A stretch of 64,000 bases of DNA from the human T2T-CHM13v2.0 reference genome, Homo sapiens. Below the pieces are notes generated by a model. That model saw only the letters and a program-made list of their open reading frames with translations, was not told the origin of the DNA and did not search any database. Location: the NCBI GenBank assembly GCA_009914755.4, contig CP068257.2, positions 10,368,001 to 10,432,000 of the forward strand. The letters run 5' to 3'. Made by a program: the position numbers and the translations under genes. Below are positions 1 to 12,500 of the stretch, in pieces. Each line of letters begins with the position of its first letter. The first letter of the stretch is position 1.

Positions 1-2597
1 AGCGATATGATGGAAAAGGTAATATCTTCACATAAAAACCAGACAGAAGTATTCTGACAAATTTCTTTGTGATGTGTGCATTCACCTCACAGAGTTGAAC
101 CTTTCTCTGGATTGAACAGTTTGGAAACAATCTTTTTGTGGAATCTGCAAGTGTACATTTGTAGCGCTTTTCAGCCTATTAGTACAAAAGGAAATATCTT
201 CACATAAAATCTAGAAAGAAGCAATCTGAGAAACTTCTTTGTGATGTGTGCATTCGCCTCATGGAGTTAAACCTTTCTTTTGATTGAGCAATTTTGAAAC
301 TCTATTTTTGTAGAATCTGCAAGTGGACATTTTGAGCACTTTCAGGCCTGTGGAGGAAAAGAAAATATCTTCACAGAAAGACTAGACAGAAGAATTCTGT
401 GAAACTTCTGTGTGATGCATGTGTTCATCTCATAGAGTTGAAACTTTCTTTTGATTAAGCAGTTTGGAAACACTCTTTCTAGAATCTGCAAGTGGACATT
501 TGCAGCGCTTTGCCGCATGTGGTAGAAAAGGGAATATCATCACAAAAAATCTCGACAGAAGCAATATTAGAAACTTCTTTGTGATGTGTGCATTCTTCTC
601 ACAGAGTTAACGCTTTCTTTTGATTGAACAATTTTGAAACTCTCTTTTTGTAGTATCTGCAATTGGACATTTGGGGCGCTTTGAGGCCTATTGTGGAGAA
701 GGAGATATCTTCACATAAAAACTAGATAAAAGCATTCTGAGAAACTGCTTTGTGATGTGCACATTCATTTCCCACAGTTGAATATTTCCTTTGATTGACC
801 AGTTTTGAAATACTGGTTTTGTAGAATCTGCAAGTGAACGTTTCCAGTTCCTTGAGGCCTGTTGTGGAAAACGAAATATCTTCACATAAACACTAGACAT
901 AAGAATTCTGAGAAACTACTTTGTGATGTGTGCGTTCATCTCACAGAGTTGAACCTTTTTGTTGATTGAGCAGTTTGGAAACACTCTTTTTGTAGAATCT
1001 GCAAGTGGACATTTGGAGCGCTTTGTGACCTATGGTAGAAAAGGAAATATATTCACATAAAATCTAGACAGAAACAATCCGAGAAACTTCTTTGGATGTG
1101 TGCATTCATGTCACAGAGTTAAACATTTCTTTTGATTGAGCAGTTTTGAAAATCTCTTTGTAGAATCTGTAAGTGGACACTTGGAGGGCTTTGAGGCCAA
1201 TGGTGGAATAGGAAATATCTTCCCATCAATAGTAGACAGAAGAATTCTGAGAAACTTTTTTGTGATGTGTGCCTTCATCTTAAGGAGTTCAACCTTTCTT
1301 TTTATTGAGCAGTTTGGAAACACTCTTTTTGCAGAATCTGAAAGTGGACATTTGGAGAGCTTTGCAGCCTTTGGTGGAAAAGGAAATATCTTCACATGAA
1401 ATCTAGACAGAAGCAATCTGAGAAACTTATTTGTGATGTGTGAATTCATCTCACAGAGTTAAACATTTCTTTTGATTGTGCAGTTTTAAAACTCTCTTTT
1501 TGTAGTATCTGCAAGTGGACATTTGGAGAGCTTTGAGGCCTAAGGTGGAAAAGGAAATATCTTCACATAAAAACTTGACAGAAGAATTCTGAGAACCTTC
1601 TTTGTGATGTGTGTATTCATCTCACAGAGTTGAATATTTCTTTTGATTGGGCAGTTTGGAAACAATCTTTTTGTAGAATCTGCATGTGGACATTTGGAGC
1701 GATTTGAGGCCTATGGTAGAAAAGGAAATATCTTCACATAAAATCTAGACAGAAGCAATCTGAGAAACTTCTTTGTGATATGTGCATTCATTTCACAGAG
1801 TTAAACCTTTCTTTTGATTGAGCAGTTTTGAAACTCTATTTTTGTAGAATCTGCAAGTGTACCTTTTGAGCCCTTTGAGGCCTGTGGAGGAAAAGGAAAT
1901 ATCTTCACAGAAAAACTAGACAGAATAATTCTGAGAAACTTCTTTGTGATGCATGCAGTCATCTCACAGACTTGAACTTTTCTTTTGATTAAGCAGTTTG
2001 GAAACACTCTTTCTAGAATCTGCAAGTGGACATTTGGAGCGCTTTGCGGCCTGTGGTAGAAAAGGAAATATCTTCACAAAAAATCTCAACAGAAGTCGTC
2101 TGAGAAACACTCTTGTGATGTGTGCATTCATCTCACAGAGTTAATCCTTTCTTTTGACTGAGCATTTTTGAAATTCTCTTTTTGTAATATCTGCAAGTAG
2201 ACATTTGGAGCACTTTGAGGCCTATTGTGGAAAAGGAAATATCTTCACAGAAAAACTAGATAGAAGCATTCTGAGAAACTGCTTTGTGATGTTTACATTC
2301 ATTTCCCTGAGTTGAACCTTTGTTTTGATGGACCAGTTTTGAAATACTCTTTTGGTAGAATCTGCAAGTGGACATTTCCAGTGCCTGAGGCCTATGGTGG
2401 AAAATGAAATATCTTCACATAAAAATTAGACATAAGATTTCTGAGAAACTACTTTGTGATGTGTGCGTTCATCTCACAGAGTTGGATCTTTCTTTGATTG
2501 AGCTGCTTGGAAACACTCTTTTTGTAGAATCTGCAAGTGGACATTTGGAGTGTTTGTGGCCTATGCTAGAAAAGGAAATATATTCACATAAAATCTA
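1..2597 (+). repeat. Alpha satellite array of ~171-bp monomers in consensus orientation, with no CENP-B box
   Basis: About 15 contiguous monomers read as ...GGAAATATCTTCACATAAAA(T/C)CTAGACAGAAG(C/A)A(A/T)TCTGAGAAACTTCTTTGTGATGTGTGCATTCA(T/C)CTCACAGAGTTGAAC...TCTGCAAGTGGACATTTGGAGCGCTTTG... at ~170-171 bp spacing. This matches the Waye/Willard alphoid consensus in the forward sense. The CENP-B box position reads GGTAGAAAAGGAAATATCTTC rather than TTCGTTGGAAACGGGA. Confidence 0.95.
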
Positions 2598-2684
2598 TGG
2601 ATGAATGCACACATCACAAAGAAGATTCTCAGATTGCTTTTGTCTAGATTTTATGTGAAGATATTTCCTTTTCTACCATAGGCC
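2558..2684. repeat. Alpha-satellite strand-switch (inversion) junction forming an imperfect palindrome
   Basis: The forward-oriented monomer ends at ...GGCCTATGCTAGAAAAGGAAATATATTCACATAAAATCTA (2558-2597). It is followed at once by reverse-complement alphoid sequence, TGGATGAATGCACACATCACAAAGAAGATTCTCAGATTGCTTTTGTC (2598-2644), and then by TAGATTTTATGTGAAGATATTTCCTTTTCTACCATAGGCC (2645-2684). The last segment is the reverse complement of the 2558-2597 arm. The structure is therefore arm-loop(~47 nt)-arm, with the flanking arrays in opposite orientation. Confidence 0.85.
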
Positions 2685-5600
2685 GCAAGGCGCTCCAAAT
2701 ATCCAAAAGTAGATTCTATAAAAAGAGTGTTTCCAAACTGCTCAATCAAAGAAAAGATTCAATTCTGTGAAATGAATGCACACATCACAAAGAAGTTTCT
2801 CAGAATTCTTCTGCCTATTTTTTATGTGATGATATTTCCTTTTCCACCATGTGCCCCAAAGCGCTCCAAATGTTCACTTGCAGATTCGACAAAAAGAGAG
2901 TTTCGAAACTCCTCAATCAAAAGAAATGTTTAACTCCTTGAGTTGAAGGAACACATCACAAAGATGTTTCTCAGATTGCTTCTGTATTGATTTTACGTGA
3001 AGATATTACCTTTTCTGCCATATGCAGCAAAGTACTCAAATGTCCGCTAGCAGAATCTATAAGAAGAGTGTTTCCAAACTGCTGTATCAAAAGATTCAAC
3101 TCGGTGAGATGAACTTACACATAACAAGGAAGTTTCTCAGAATTTTTCTGTCTAGTTTTTATGTGAAAATATTTCCTTTTCCACCATAGTCCTCAAAGCT
3201 CTTCAAATGTCCACTTGCATATTCTACAAAAAGAGAGTCTAAAAATTTCTCAATCAAAAGAAGTATTTAACACTGTGAGATGAATGTACACATCACAAAG
3301 AAGTTTCTCAGAATTCTTCTGTCTAGTATTTATGTGAAGATATTTCCTTTTCCACAATAGGCCTCAAAGCGCTGTAAATGTCCACTTGCAGATTCCACAA
3401 AAAGAGAGTTTCAAAACTATTCAAACAAAAGAAAGGTTTACCTCTGTGTTATGAATGCACACATCACAAAGAACTTTCTCAGATTGCTTCTGTCTAGATT
3501 TTATGTGAAGATACTTCCCTTTCTAACATGGCTGCAAGGTGCTCAAAATGTCCACTTGCATATTCTACAAAAAGACTGTTTCCAAACTGCTCAATCAAAA
3601 GAAAGGTTCAACTCTGTGAGGTAATGCACACATCACAAAGAGGTTTCTCAGAATTCTTCTGTGTAGTATTTATGTGAAGATATTTCCTTTTCCACAGTAG
3701 ATCTCAAAGCTCTGTAAATGTCCACTTGCAGATTCTACAAAAAGAGAGTTTCAAATCAAACTCTGTACAATCAAAAGGTTGTTCAATCAAAAGAAAAAAA
3801 GTTGTTCAATCAAAAGAAAGGTTTACCTCTGTGTTATGAATGCACACATCACAAAGAACTTTCCCAGATTGCTTCGGTCTAGATTTTATGTGAGGATATT
3901 TCCTTTTCTAACACGGGCCACAAGGTGCTCCAAATATCTACGTGCAGAGTCTACAAAAAGAGTGTTTCCAAACTGCTCAATCAAAAGAAAGGCTCTACTC
4001 TGTGAGGTAATGCACACATCGCAAAAAGTTTCTCAGAATTCTTCTGTCTAGTATTTATGTGAAGATATTCCCTTTTCCACAATAGGCCTCAAAGTGCTCT
4101 AAATGTCCACTTCCAGATTCTACAAAAGGAGAGTTTCAAAACTGCTTAGTCAAAAGAAGGGTTTAACTCTATGAGATGAATGCACACATCACAAGGAAGT
4201 TTCTCAGATTGCTTTTGTCTAGATTTTATGTGAAGATATTTCCTTTTCTACCATAGGTCACAAAGCGCTCCAAATGTCCAAAAGTAGATTCTATAAAAAG
4301 AGTGTTTCCAAAGTGCTCAAACAAAGATTCAACTCTGTCAATTGAATGCACACATCACAAAGATGTTTCTCAGAATTCTTCTGCCTAGTGTTTATGTGAA
4401 GATATTTCCTTTTCCACCATGGGCCCCAAAGCATTCCAAATGTCCACTTGCAGATTCTACAAAAAGAGTGTTTCCAAATTGCTGAATCAAAAGAAAGTTT
4501 CAACTCTGTGAGATGAACGCACACATCACAAAGAAGTTTCTCAGAATTCTTCTATCTTGTTTTCATGTAAAGGTATTTCTTTTCAGACCATAGGCCTCAA
4601 AGTGCTCCAAATGTCCACTTGCAGATTCTGCAAAAAGAGATTTTCAAAACTGCTCAATCTAAAGTAAGGTTTAACTCTGTGAGATGAATGTTCTCATCAC
4701 AAAGAAGTTTCTCAGATTGTTTCTGTCTAGATTTTATGTGAAGATATTTCCTTTTCTACCATAGGCTGCAAAGCGCTCCAAATCTCCACTTGCAGATCCT
4801 ACAAAATGAGTGTTTTCAAACTGCTCAATCAAAAGAAATGTTCAACTCTGTGAGATGAACACACACATCACAAAGAAGTTTCTCAGAATTCTTCTGTCTA
4901 GTGTTTATGTGTAGAAATTTCATTTTCCACCATAGGCGTCAAGGCGCTCTAAAAGTCCACATGCAGATTCTACAAAAAAGTATTTCCAAACAGGTCCATC
5001 AAAAGAAAGTTTCAACTCTGGGAGATGAATGCACACATCACTAAGAAGGTCTCAGAATGATTCTATGTAGTTTTTATGTGAAGACATTTCCTTTTCAACC
5101 ATAGGTCTCTAAGCTCTTCAAATTTCCCTTGCAGATTCTCCAAAAATAGTGTTTCACAACTGCTCAATCAAAAGAAAAGTTCAACTCTGTGAGATGAACG
5201 CACCCATCACAAAGTAGTTTCTCAGAATTCTTCTGTCTAGTTTTTATGTGAAGATATTTTCTTTTCCACCATAGGCGTCAAAGCGCTCCAGATGTCGAAT
5301 TGCAGATCCTACAAAAAGAGAGTTTAAAAACTGCTCAATCAAAAGAAAGGTTTAACTCTCTGAGATGCATGCACACATTACAATATAGTTTCTCAGGTTG
5401 CTTCTGTCTAGATTTCATGTGAAGATATTTCCTTTTTCTACCATAGGCTGCAAATCGCTCCAATTGTCCACTTGCAGATTCTAAAAATAGAGTGTTTACA
5501 AACTGCTTAATCAAAAGAAAGGTACAACTACGTGAGATGAACCCCCACATCACAAAGAAGTTTCTCAGAATTCTTCTGTCTAGATTTATGTGATGATATT

Positions 5601-8600
5601 AACTTTCCACCATAGGCATCAAAGTGCTCCAAAAGTTCACTTGCAGATTCTACAAAAAGAGTGTTTCAAAACTGCTCAATCAAAAGAAAAGTTTACCTCT
5701 GTGATATGAATGCCTACATCACCAAGAAGTTTCTCAGACTGCTTCTGTTTAGATTTTATATGAAGATATTTCCTTTTCTACCATAGGCCACAAAGTGCTC
5801 CCAATGTCCACCTGCAGATCCTACATAAAGAGTGTTTCCAAACTGCACCACCAAAAGAAAGGTTCAACTCTGTGAGATGAACGCATACATCACAAAGAAG
5901 TTTCTCTGAATTCTTCTGTCTAGTTTTTATGTGAAGATATTCCCTTTTCTACCATAGGCCTCAAGGTTCTCGAAATATCCACTTGCAGATTCTACAAAAA
6001 GAGTGTTTCAAAACTGCTCAATGAAAAGAAAGGTTCAATCCTGTGAGATGAATGCACACATCGCTAAGAAGTTTTTCAGAATTCTTCTGTCTAGTTTTTA
6101 TGTGAAGATATTTCCTTTTCCACCTTAGTCCTCAAAGCCCTCCAAATGTCCACTTGCAGATTCTACAAAAAGAGAGTTGCAAAACTGCTCAATCAAAAGA
6201 AAGATTTACCTCTGTGAGATTAATGCACACAACACAAAGAAGTTTCTCAGAAATCTTCTGTCTAGTTTTTATGTGAAGATATTTCCTTTTCTACCGCAGG
6301 CCGCAAAGTGCTCCAAATGTCCACTTGTAGATTCTACAAAAAGAGTGTTTCCAAACTACTCAATCAAAAGAAAGGTCCAACTCTGTGAGATAAATGCACA
6401 CATCAGAAAGTATTGTCTCAGAACTCTTCTTTCTAGTTTTTATGTAAAGATATTTCCTTTTCCACCATAGGCCTCAAAGCACTCCAAACGTCCACTTGCA
6501 GATTCTGCAAAAAGAGTTTCAAAACTGCTTAAACAAAAGAATGGTTAAACTCTGTGAGGTGAGTGCACATATCACAAAGAGGTTTCTCAGATTACTTCTG
6601 TCTAGATTTTATGTGAAGATATTTCCTTTTCTACCACAGGCCGCAAAGCGTTCCAAATGTGCACTAGCAGATTCTACAAAAAGAATGTTTCCAAGTTGCT
6701 CAACAAAAGAAAGCTTCAACTCTGTGAGATGAACGCCCACATCATGAAGAAGTTTCTAAGAATTCTTCTGTCTAGTTTTTATGTGGAGATATTTCCTTTC
6801 CCACTATAGGCCTCAAATCGTTCAAAATGTCCACTTGCAGATTCTACAAACAGAGAGTTTCAAAACACCTCAATCAAAAGAAAGGTTTAACTCTCTGAGA
6901 TGAATGCACACATCAGAAAGAAGTTTCTCAGATTTGTTCTGTCTAGATTTTATGTGAAGATATTTCCTTTTCTGCCATAGCCTGCAAATCGCTCCAAGTG
7001 TCTACATGCAGTTTTGAAAAAAAGAGTGTTTCCAAAATGCTCCATCAAAAGACACGTTCAACTCTGAGATGAACGCACACATCACAAAGAAGTTTCTCAG
7101 AATTCTTCTCTCTAGTTTTCATGTGAAGATGTTTCCTTTTCCACAATAGATCTCAAAACGCTCCAAATGTCCACATGCAGATTCTATAAAAAGACAGTTT
7201 CAAAACTAATCTATCAAAAGAAAAGGTTTAACTCTGTCAGATGAATGCACACATCACAAAGAAGATTTTCAGATTGCTTCTGTCTAGATTTTATGTGAAG
7301 ATATTTCCTTTTCTACCATAGGCCGCAAAGTGCTCCTAATGTCCACTTGCAGATCCTACAAAAAGAGTGTTTCCAAACTGCTCAATCAAAAGAAAGATTC
7401 AACTCTGTGAGATGAATGCACACATCACAAAGAAATTGCTCAGATTGCTTCTGTCTAGATTTTATGTGAAGATATTTCCTTTTCTACAATAGGCCACAAA
7501 GCGCACAAAATGTCCACTTGTGGATTCTCAAAAAAGTTTGTTTCCAAACTGCTCAGTCAAAAGAAAGGCTTACCTCTATGAAATGAATGCAGACATCACA
7601 AAGATATTTATCTGTATACATCTGCTTAGTTTTTATGTGAGGATATTTCCTTTTCCACCATAGGCCACAAAGCCCTCCAAATATCCACTTTCAGATTCTA
7701 CAAAAAGAGAATTTCAAAACTCCTCAATCAAAAGAAAGGTTTAGCTCTTTGAGGTGAATGCACACATCACAAAGAAGATTTTCAGGTTGCTTCTGTCAGA
7801 TTTTATGTGAAGATATTAAATTTTCTGCCATTGGCTGCAAATTGCTCCAAATATTCACTTACAAATTATACAAAAAGAGTGTTTCCATACTGCTAAATCA
7901 AAAGAAAGGTTCAACTCTGTGAGACGAATACACATATCACCAAGAAGTTTCTCAGAATTCTTCTGTCTAGTTTTTATGTGAAGATATTTCATTTTCCACC
8001 ACAGGCCTCAAGGCGCTTGAAATGTCCACTTGCAGATTCTAAACAAAGAATGTTTCAAAACTGGTCCATCAATGGAAAGGTTCGTCTCTGGGAGATGATT
8101 GTGCATATCACAAAAACTTTCTCAGAATGCTTCTATCTAGTTTTTATGTGAAGATATTTCCTTTTCCACTATTGGCGTCAAAGCGTCCCAAATGTCATCT
8201 TGCAGATTCAACAAAAGAGAGTTTCAGAACTGCTCAGACAAAAGAGAGAGTTACCTCTGTGAGATGAATGCACACATTACAAAGAAGTTCCTCAGATTGC
8301 TTCTGTCTAGATTTTATGTGAAGATATTTCCTTTTCTAACGTCGGCCGCAAAGTGCTACAAATGTCCTCTTGCAGATCCTTCAAAAAGAGAGTTCAAGAC
8401 TTCTCAATCAAAGGAAAGGTTTAACTCTGTGAGATGAATGCACACATCACAAATAAGTTTCTCAGATTGCTTCTTTCTAGATTTTATGTAAAGATATTTC
8501 CTTTTCTACTTTAGGCCGCAAAGCGTTCCAAATATCCACTTGCAGATTGTACAAAATAGTGTTTCCAAACTGCTCAATCAAAAGAAAGGTTCAACTCTGT

Positions 8601-9520
8601 GAGATGAAGCCACAAATCACAAAGAAGTTTCTCAGAATTCTTCTGTCTAGTTTTTATGTGAAGATATTTCCTTTTCCACCATAGGCCTTTAAGTGCTCCA
8701 AATGCTCACTTGCAGATTCTACAAAAGAGAGTTTCAAAATTGCTCTATCAAAAGAAATTTTTAACTCTGTGAGATGAATGCACACATTACAAAGAAGTTT
8801 CACAGATTGCTTCTGTATAGATTTTATGTGAGGATATTTCTTTTTCTACCATAAGCTAAAAAGTACTCCAAATGTCCACTTGCAGATTCAACAAAAAGAG
8901 TGTTTCCACACTGTTCAATCAAAAAAAGTTTCAACTCAGTGAGATGAATGCACACATCACAAAGAAGTTTCTCAGAATTCTCCTGTGTAGTTTTTAAGTG
9001 AAGATAATTTATATTCCACAAAAGGCCACAGGGCACTCCCATTTTCCACTTGCAGATACTACAAAAAGAGAGTTCCAAATCTGCTCCATCAAGAAAAGAT
9101 CAACTCTGTGAGATGAACGCACACATCACAAAGAAGTTTCTCAGATTGCTTCTTTCTAGATTTTATGTGAAGATATTTCCTTTTCCACCAAAGGCCACAA
9201 AGCGCTCCAAATGTCCACTTGCAGATTCTGCAAAAAGAGTGTTTCAAAACTGCTCTATCAAAAGAAAGATTTCACTCTGTGAGATGAATGCACACATCAC
9301 AAAGAAGTTTCTCAGATTGCTTGTGTCTAGATTTTATGTGAAGATATTTCCTTTTCTACCATAGGCCACAAGGCGCTCCAAATGTCCACTTGCACATTCT
9401 ACAAAAAGAGTGTTTCCAAACTGCTCAATCTAAAGAACGGTTCAACTCTTTGAGATGAACGCACACATCACAAACAGATTTCTCAGATAGTTTCTGTATA
9501 GATTTTATGTGAGAGTATTT
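2598..9520 (-). repeat. Alpha satellite, reverse orientation, subtype 1
   Basis: Monomers read GAATGCACACATCACAAAGAAGTTTCTCAGA(TTG/ATT)CTTCTGTCTAG(A/T)TTTTATGTGAAGATATTTCCTTTTC(T/C)ACCATAGGCC(G/T)CAAAG(C/T)GCTCCAAATGTCCACTTGCAGATTCTACAAAAAGAGTGTTTC. Two monomer variants alternate irregularly, one with ...GATTGCTTCTGTCTAGATTTT...CTACCATAGGCCGCAAAG and one with ...GAATTCTTCTGTCTAGTTTTT...CCACCATAGGCCTCAAAG. The 3' boundary, ~9.4-9.6 kb, is approximate. Confidence 0.88.
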
Positions 9521-12500
9521 CATTTTCTAACATAGGCCACAAAAAGCTCCAAATATCCACTTGCGGATTCTACAAAAAGAGAGTTTCAAAACTGCTCTAT
9601 CAAAAGATAGGTTAAAATCTGTGACTTGAATGCACATCTAACAATGAAGTTTCCCAGAAAGCTTCTGTGTAGTTTTTATCTGAAGATATTTCCTTTTCCA
9701 AAATAGACCACAAAGCTTTTCAAATATCCACTTTCAGATTCTACAAAAAGAGTGTTTCCAAATTACTCAGTCAATAGAAAGATTCAACCCTTTGTGATGA
9801 ATGCACTCATCACAAAAACGTTTCCCGGAATGATTCTGTGTTGTTTTTATTTGAAGATATTTCCTTTTCCACTGTAGGCCACAAAGGGCTCCAAATATCC
9901 ACCTACAGATGCTACAAAAAGAGAGATTCAAAACTGCTCAATCAAAAGATAGGTTCAACTCTGTGAGTTGAATGCACACATCACAAAGTGTTTTCTCAGA
10001 ATGCCTCTGTGTAGTTTTTATGTGAAGATATTTCCTTTTCCACAATAGGCCTCAAATCGCTCCAAATATCCAATTGCAGATTCTGCAAAAAGAGAGATTC
10101 TAAACTGCTCAATCAAAAGATAGGTTCAACTCTGTGAGTTGAATGCACACATCACAAGGAAGTTTCTCAGAATGCCTCTGTGTAGTTTTTATGTGAAGAT
10201 ATTTCCTTTTCCACTATAGGCCTCAAAGCACTCCAAATATCCACTTGCTGGTTCTGCAAAAAGAGAGATTCAAAACTGCTCAATCAAAAGATCGGTTTGA
10301 CTCTGTGAGTTGAATGCACACCTCACAAAAAAGTTTCTCAGAATGCTTCTGTGTAGTTTTATTTGAAGATATTTGCTTTTCCACAGTAGGTCTCAGAACG
10401 CTACAAATATCGACTTGCAGATTCTGCAAAAAGAGAGATTCAAAACTGCCCAATCAAAAGATAGGCTCAACTCTGTGTGTTGAATGCACACATAACACAG
10501 TAGTTTCTCAGAATAATTATGTGTAGTTTTTATGTTAAGATATATCCTTTTCCAAAATAGGCCTCAAAGCCCTCCAAATAGCTACTTCGAGATTCTACAA
10601 AAAGAGTGTTTCAAAACTGCTCAATCAAAAGAAACTTTGAACTCTTTGTGATCAATGCACTCATCACAAAGGAGTTCCTCTGAATGCTGCTGTGCAGTTT
10701 TTATTTGAAGATATTTCCTTTTCCCCCATGGGATGCAAGGGCTCCAAATATCCACTTTCAGATTCTACAAAAAGAGAGATTCAAAACTGCTCAATCATAA
10801 GATAGGTTCAAACTTGTGAGCTGAATGTATACATCATAAAGAAGTTTCCCAGAATTCTTCTGTGTAGTATTTATTTGAAGATATTTCCTTTTCCACAATA
10901 GGCCGCAAAGCACTCCAAATATCCACTTGCAGATTCTGCAAAAAGATTGAAAACTGCTCAATCAAAAGAAAGATTCGAGTCTGTGGGTTGAATGCACACC
11001 TCACAAAAAAGTTTCTCAGAATGCTTCTGTGTAGTTTTTATTTGAAGATATTTGCTTTTCCACAGTAGGCCTCAAAGTGCTACAAATATCCACTTGCAGA
11101 TTCTGCAAAAAGAGAGATTGAAAACTGCTCAATCAAAAGATAGGCTCAACTCTGTGTGTTGAATGCACACATAACAAAGGAGTTTCTCAGAATAATTCTG
11201 TGCAGTTTTTATGTTAAGATATATCCTTTCCCAAAATAGGCCTTAAAGCCCTCCAAATAGTTACTTTGAGTTTCTACAAAAAGAGTGTATCAAAACTGCT
11301 CAGTCAAAAGAAACTTTAAACTCTTTGTGATCAATGCAGTCATCACAAAGGCGTTTCTCTGAATGCTTCTGTGTAGTTTGTATTTGAAGATGTTTCCTTT
11401 TCAACCATAGGGTGCAAAGGGCTCCAAATATCCACTTGCATATTCTACAAAAAGAGAGATTGAAAACTGCTCAATCATAAGATAGGTTCAAACGTGTCAC
11501 CTGAATGCACACATCACAAAGAAGTTTCCCAGAATTCTTCCGTGTAGTTTTTATTTGAAGATATTTCCTTTTCCACAATAGGGCACAAAGGTCTCCAAAT
11601 ATTCACTAGCAGATTCTACAAAAGAGAGATTCCAAACGGCTCAATCAAAAGATAGATTCAACTCTGTGAGTTGAATGCACAAATAAAAAAGAAGTTTCTC
11701 AGAATGTCTATGTGTAATTTTTATGTGAAGATATTTTCTTTTCCAAAATTGGCCTCAAAGCCCTCCAAATATCCACTTCCAGATTCTACGAAAAGAGCGT
11801 TTCAAAACTGCTCAATCAAAGGAAACGTTCAACTCTGTGTGATGAATGCGCTCAACACAAAGAAGTTTCTCAGAATGCTTATGTGTAGTTTTTATTTGAA
11901 GATATTTCCTTTTCCAACACAGGGTGCAAAGAGCTCCAAATATCCACTTGCAGATTCTAGAAAAAGAGAGATTCAAAAGTGCTCAATGAAGAGAAAAGTT
12001 CAAATCCGTGAGGTGAATGCACACCTCACAAAGAAGTTTCTCAGAATGCTTCTGTGTAGTTTTTATGTGAAGATATTTCCTTTTCCAAAATAGGACTCAA
12101 AGCTCTCCAAATATCCACTTGCAGATTCTACAAATATAGTGTTTCAAAACTGCTCAATCAAAAGAAAGGTTCATCTCTGTGAAATGAATGCACACATCAA
12201 AAAGAAGTTTCTCAGAATGCTTCCGTGTAGTTTTTATGTGAAGATATTTCCTTTTCCACGGTAGGCCCCAATGTGCTCCAAATATACACTTGCATATTCT
12301 ACAAAAACAGCGTTTCTAAACTGCTCAATCATAAGACAGGTACAACCCAGTGAGGTGAATGCACACATCACGAAGAAGTGTCTCAGAAAGCTTCTGTGTA
12401 GTGTTTATGTGAAGATATTTCCTTTTCCACAATTGTCCTCAAAGTCCTAAAATATGCACTTGCAGATTCTGCAAAAAGAGTGTCTCAAAACTGTTCAGTC

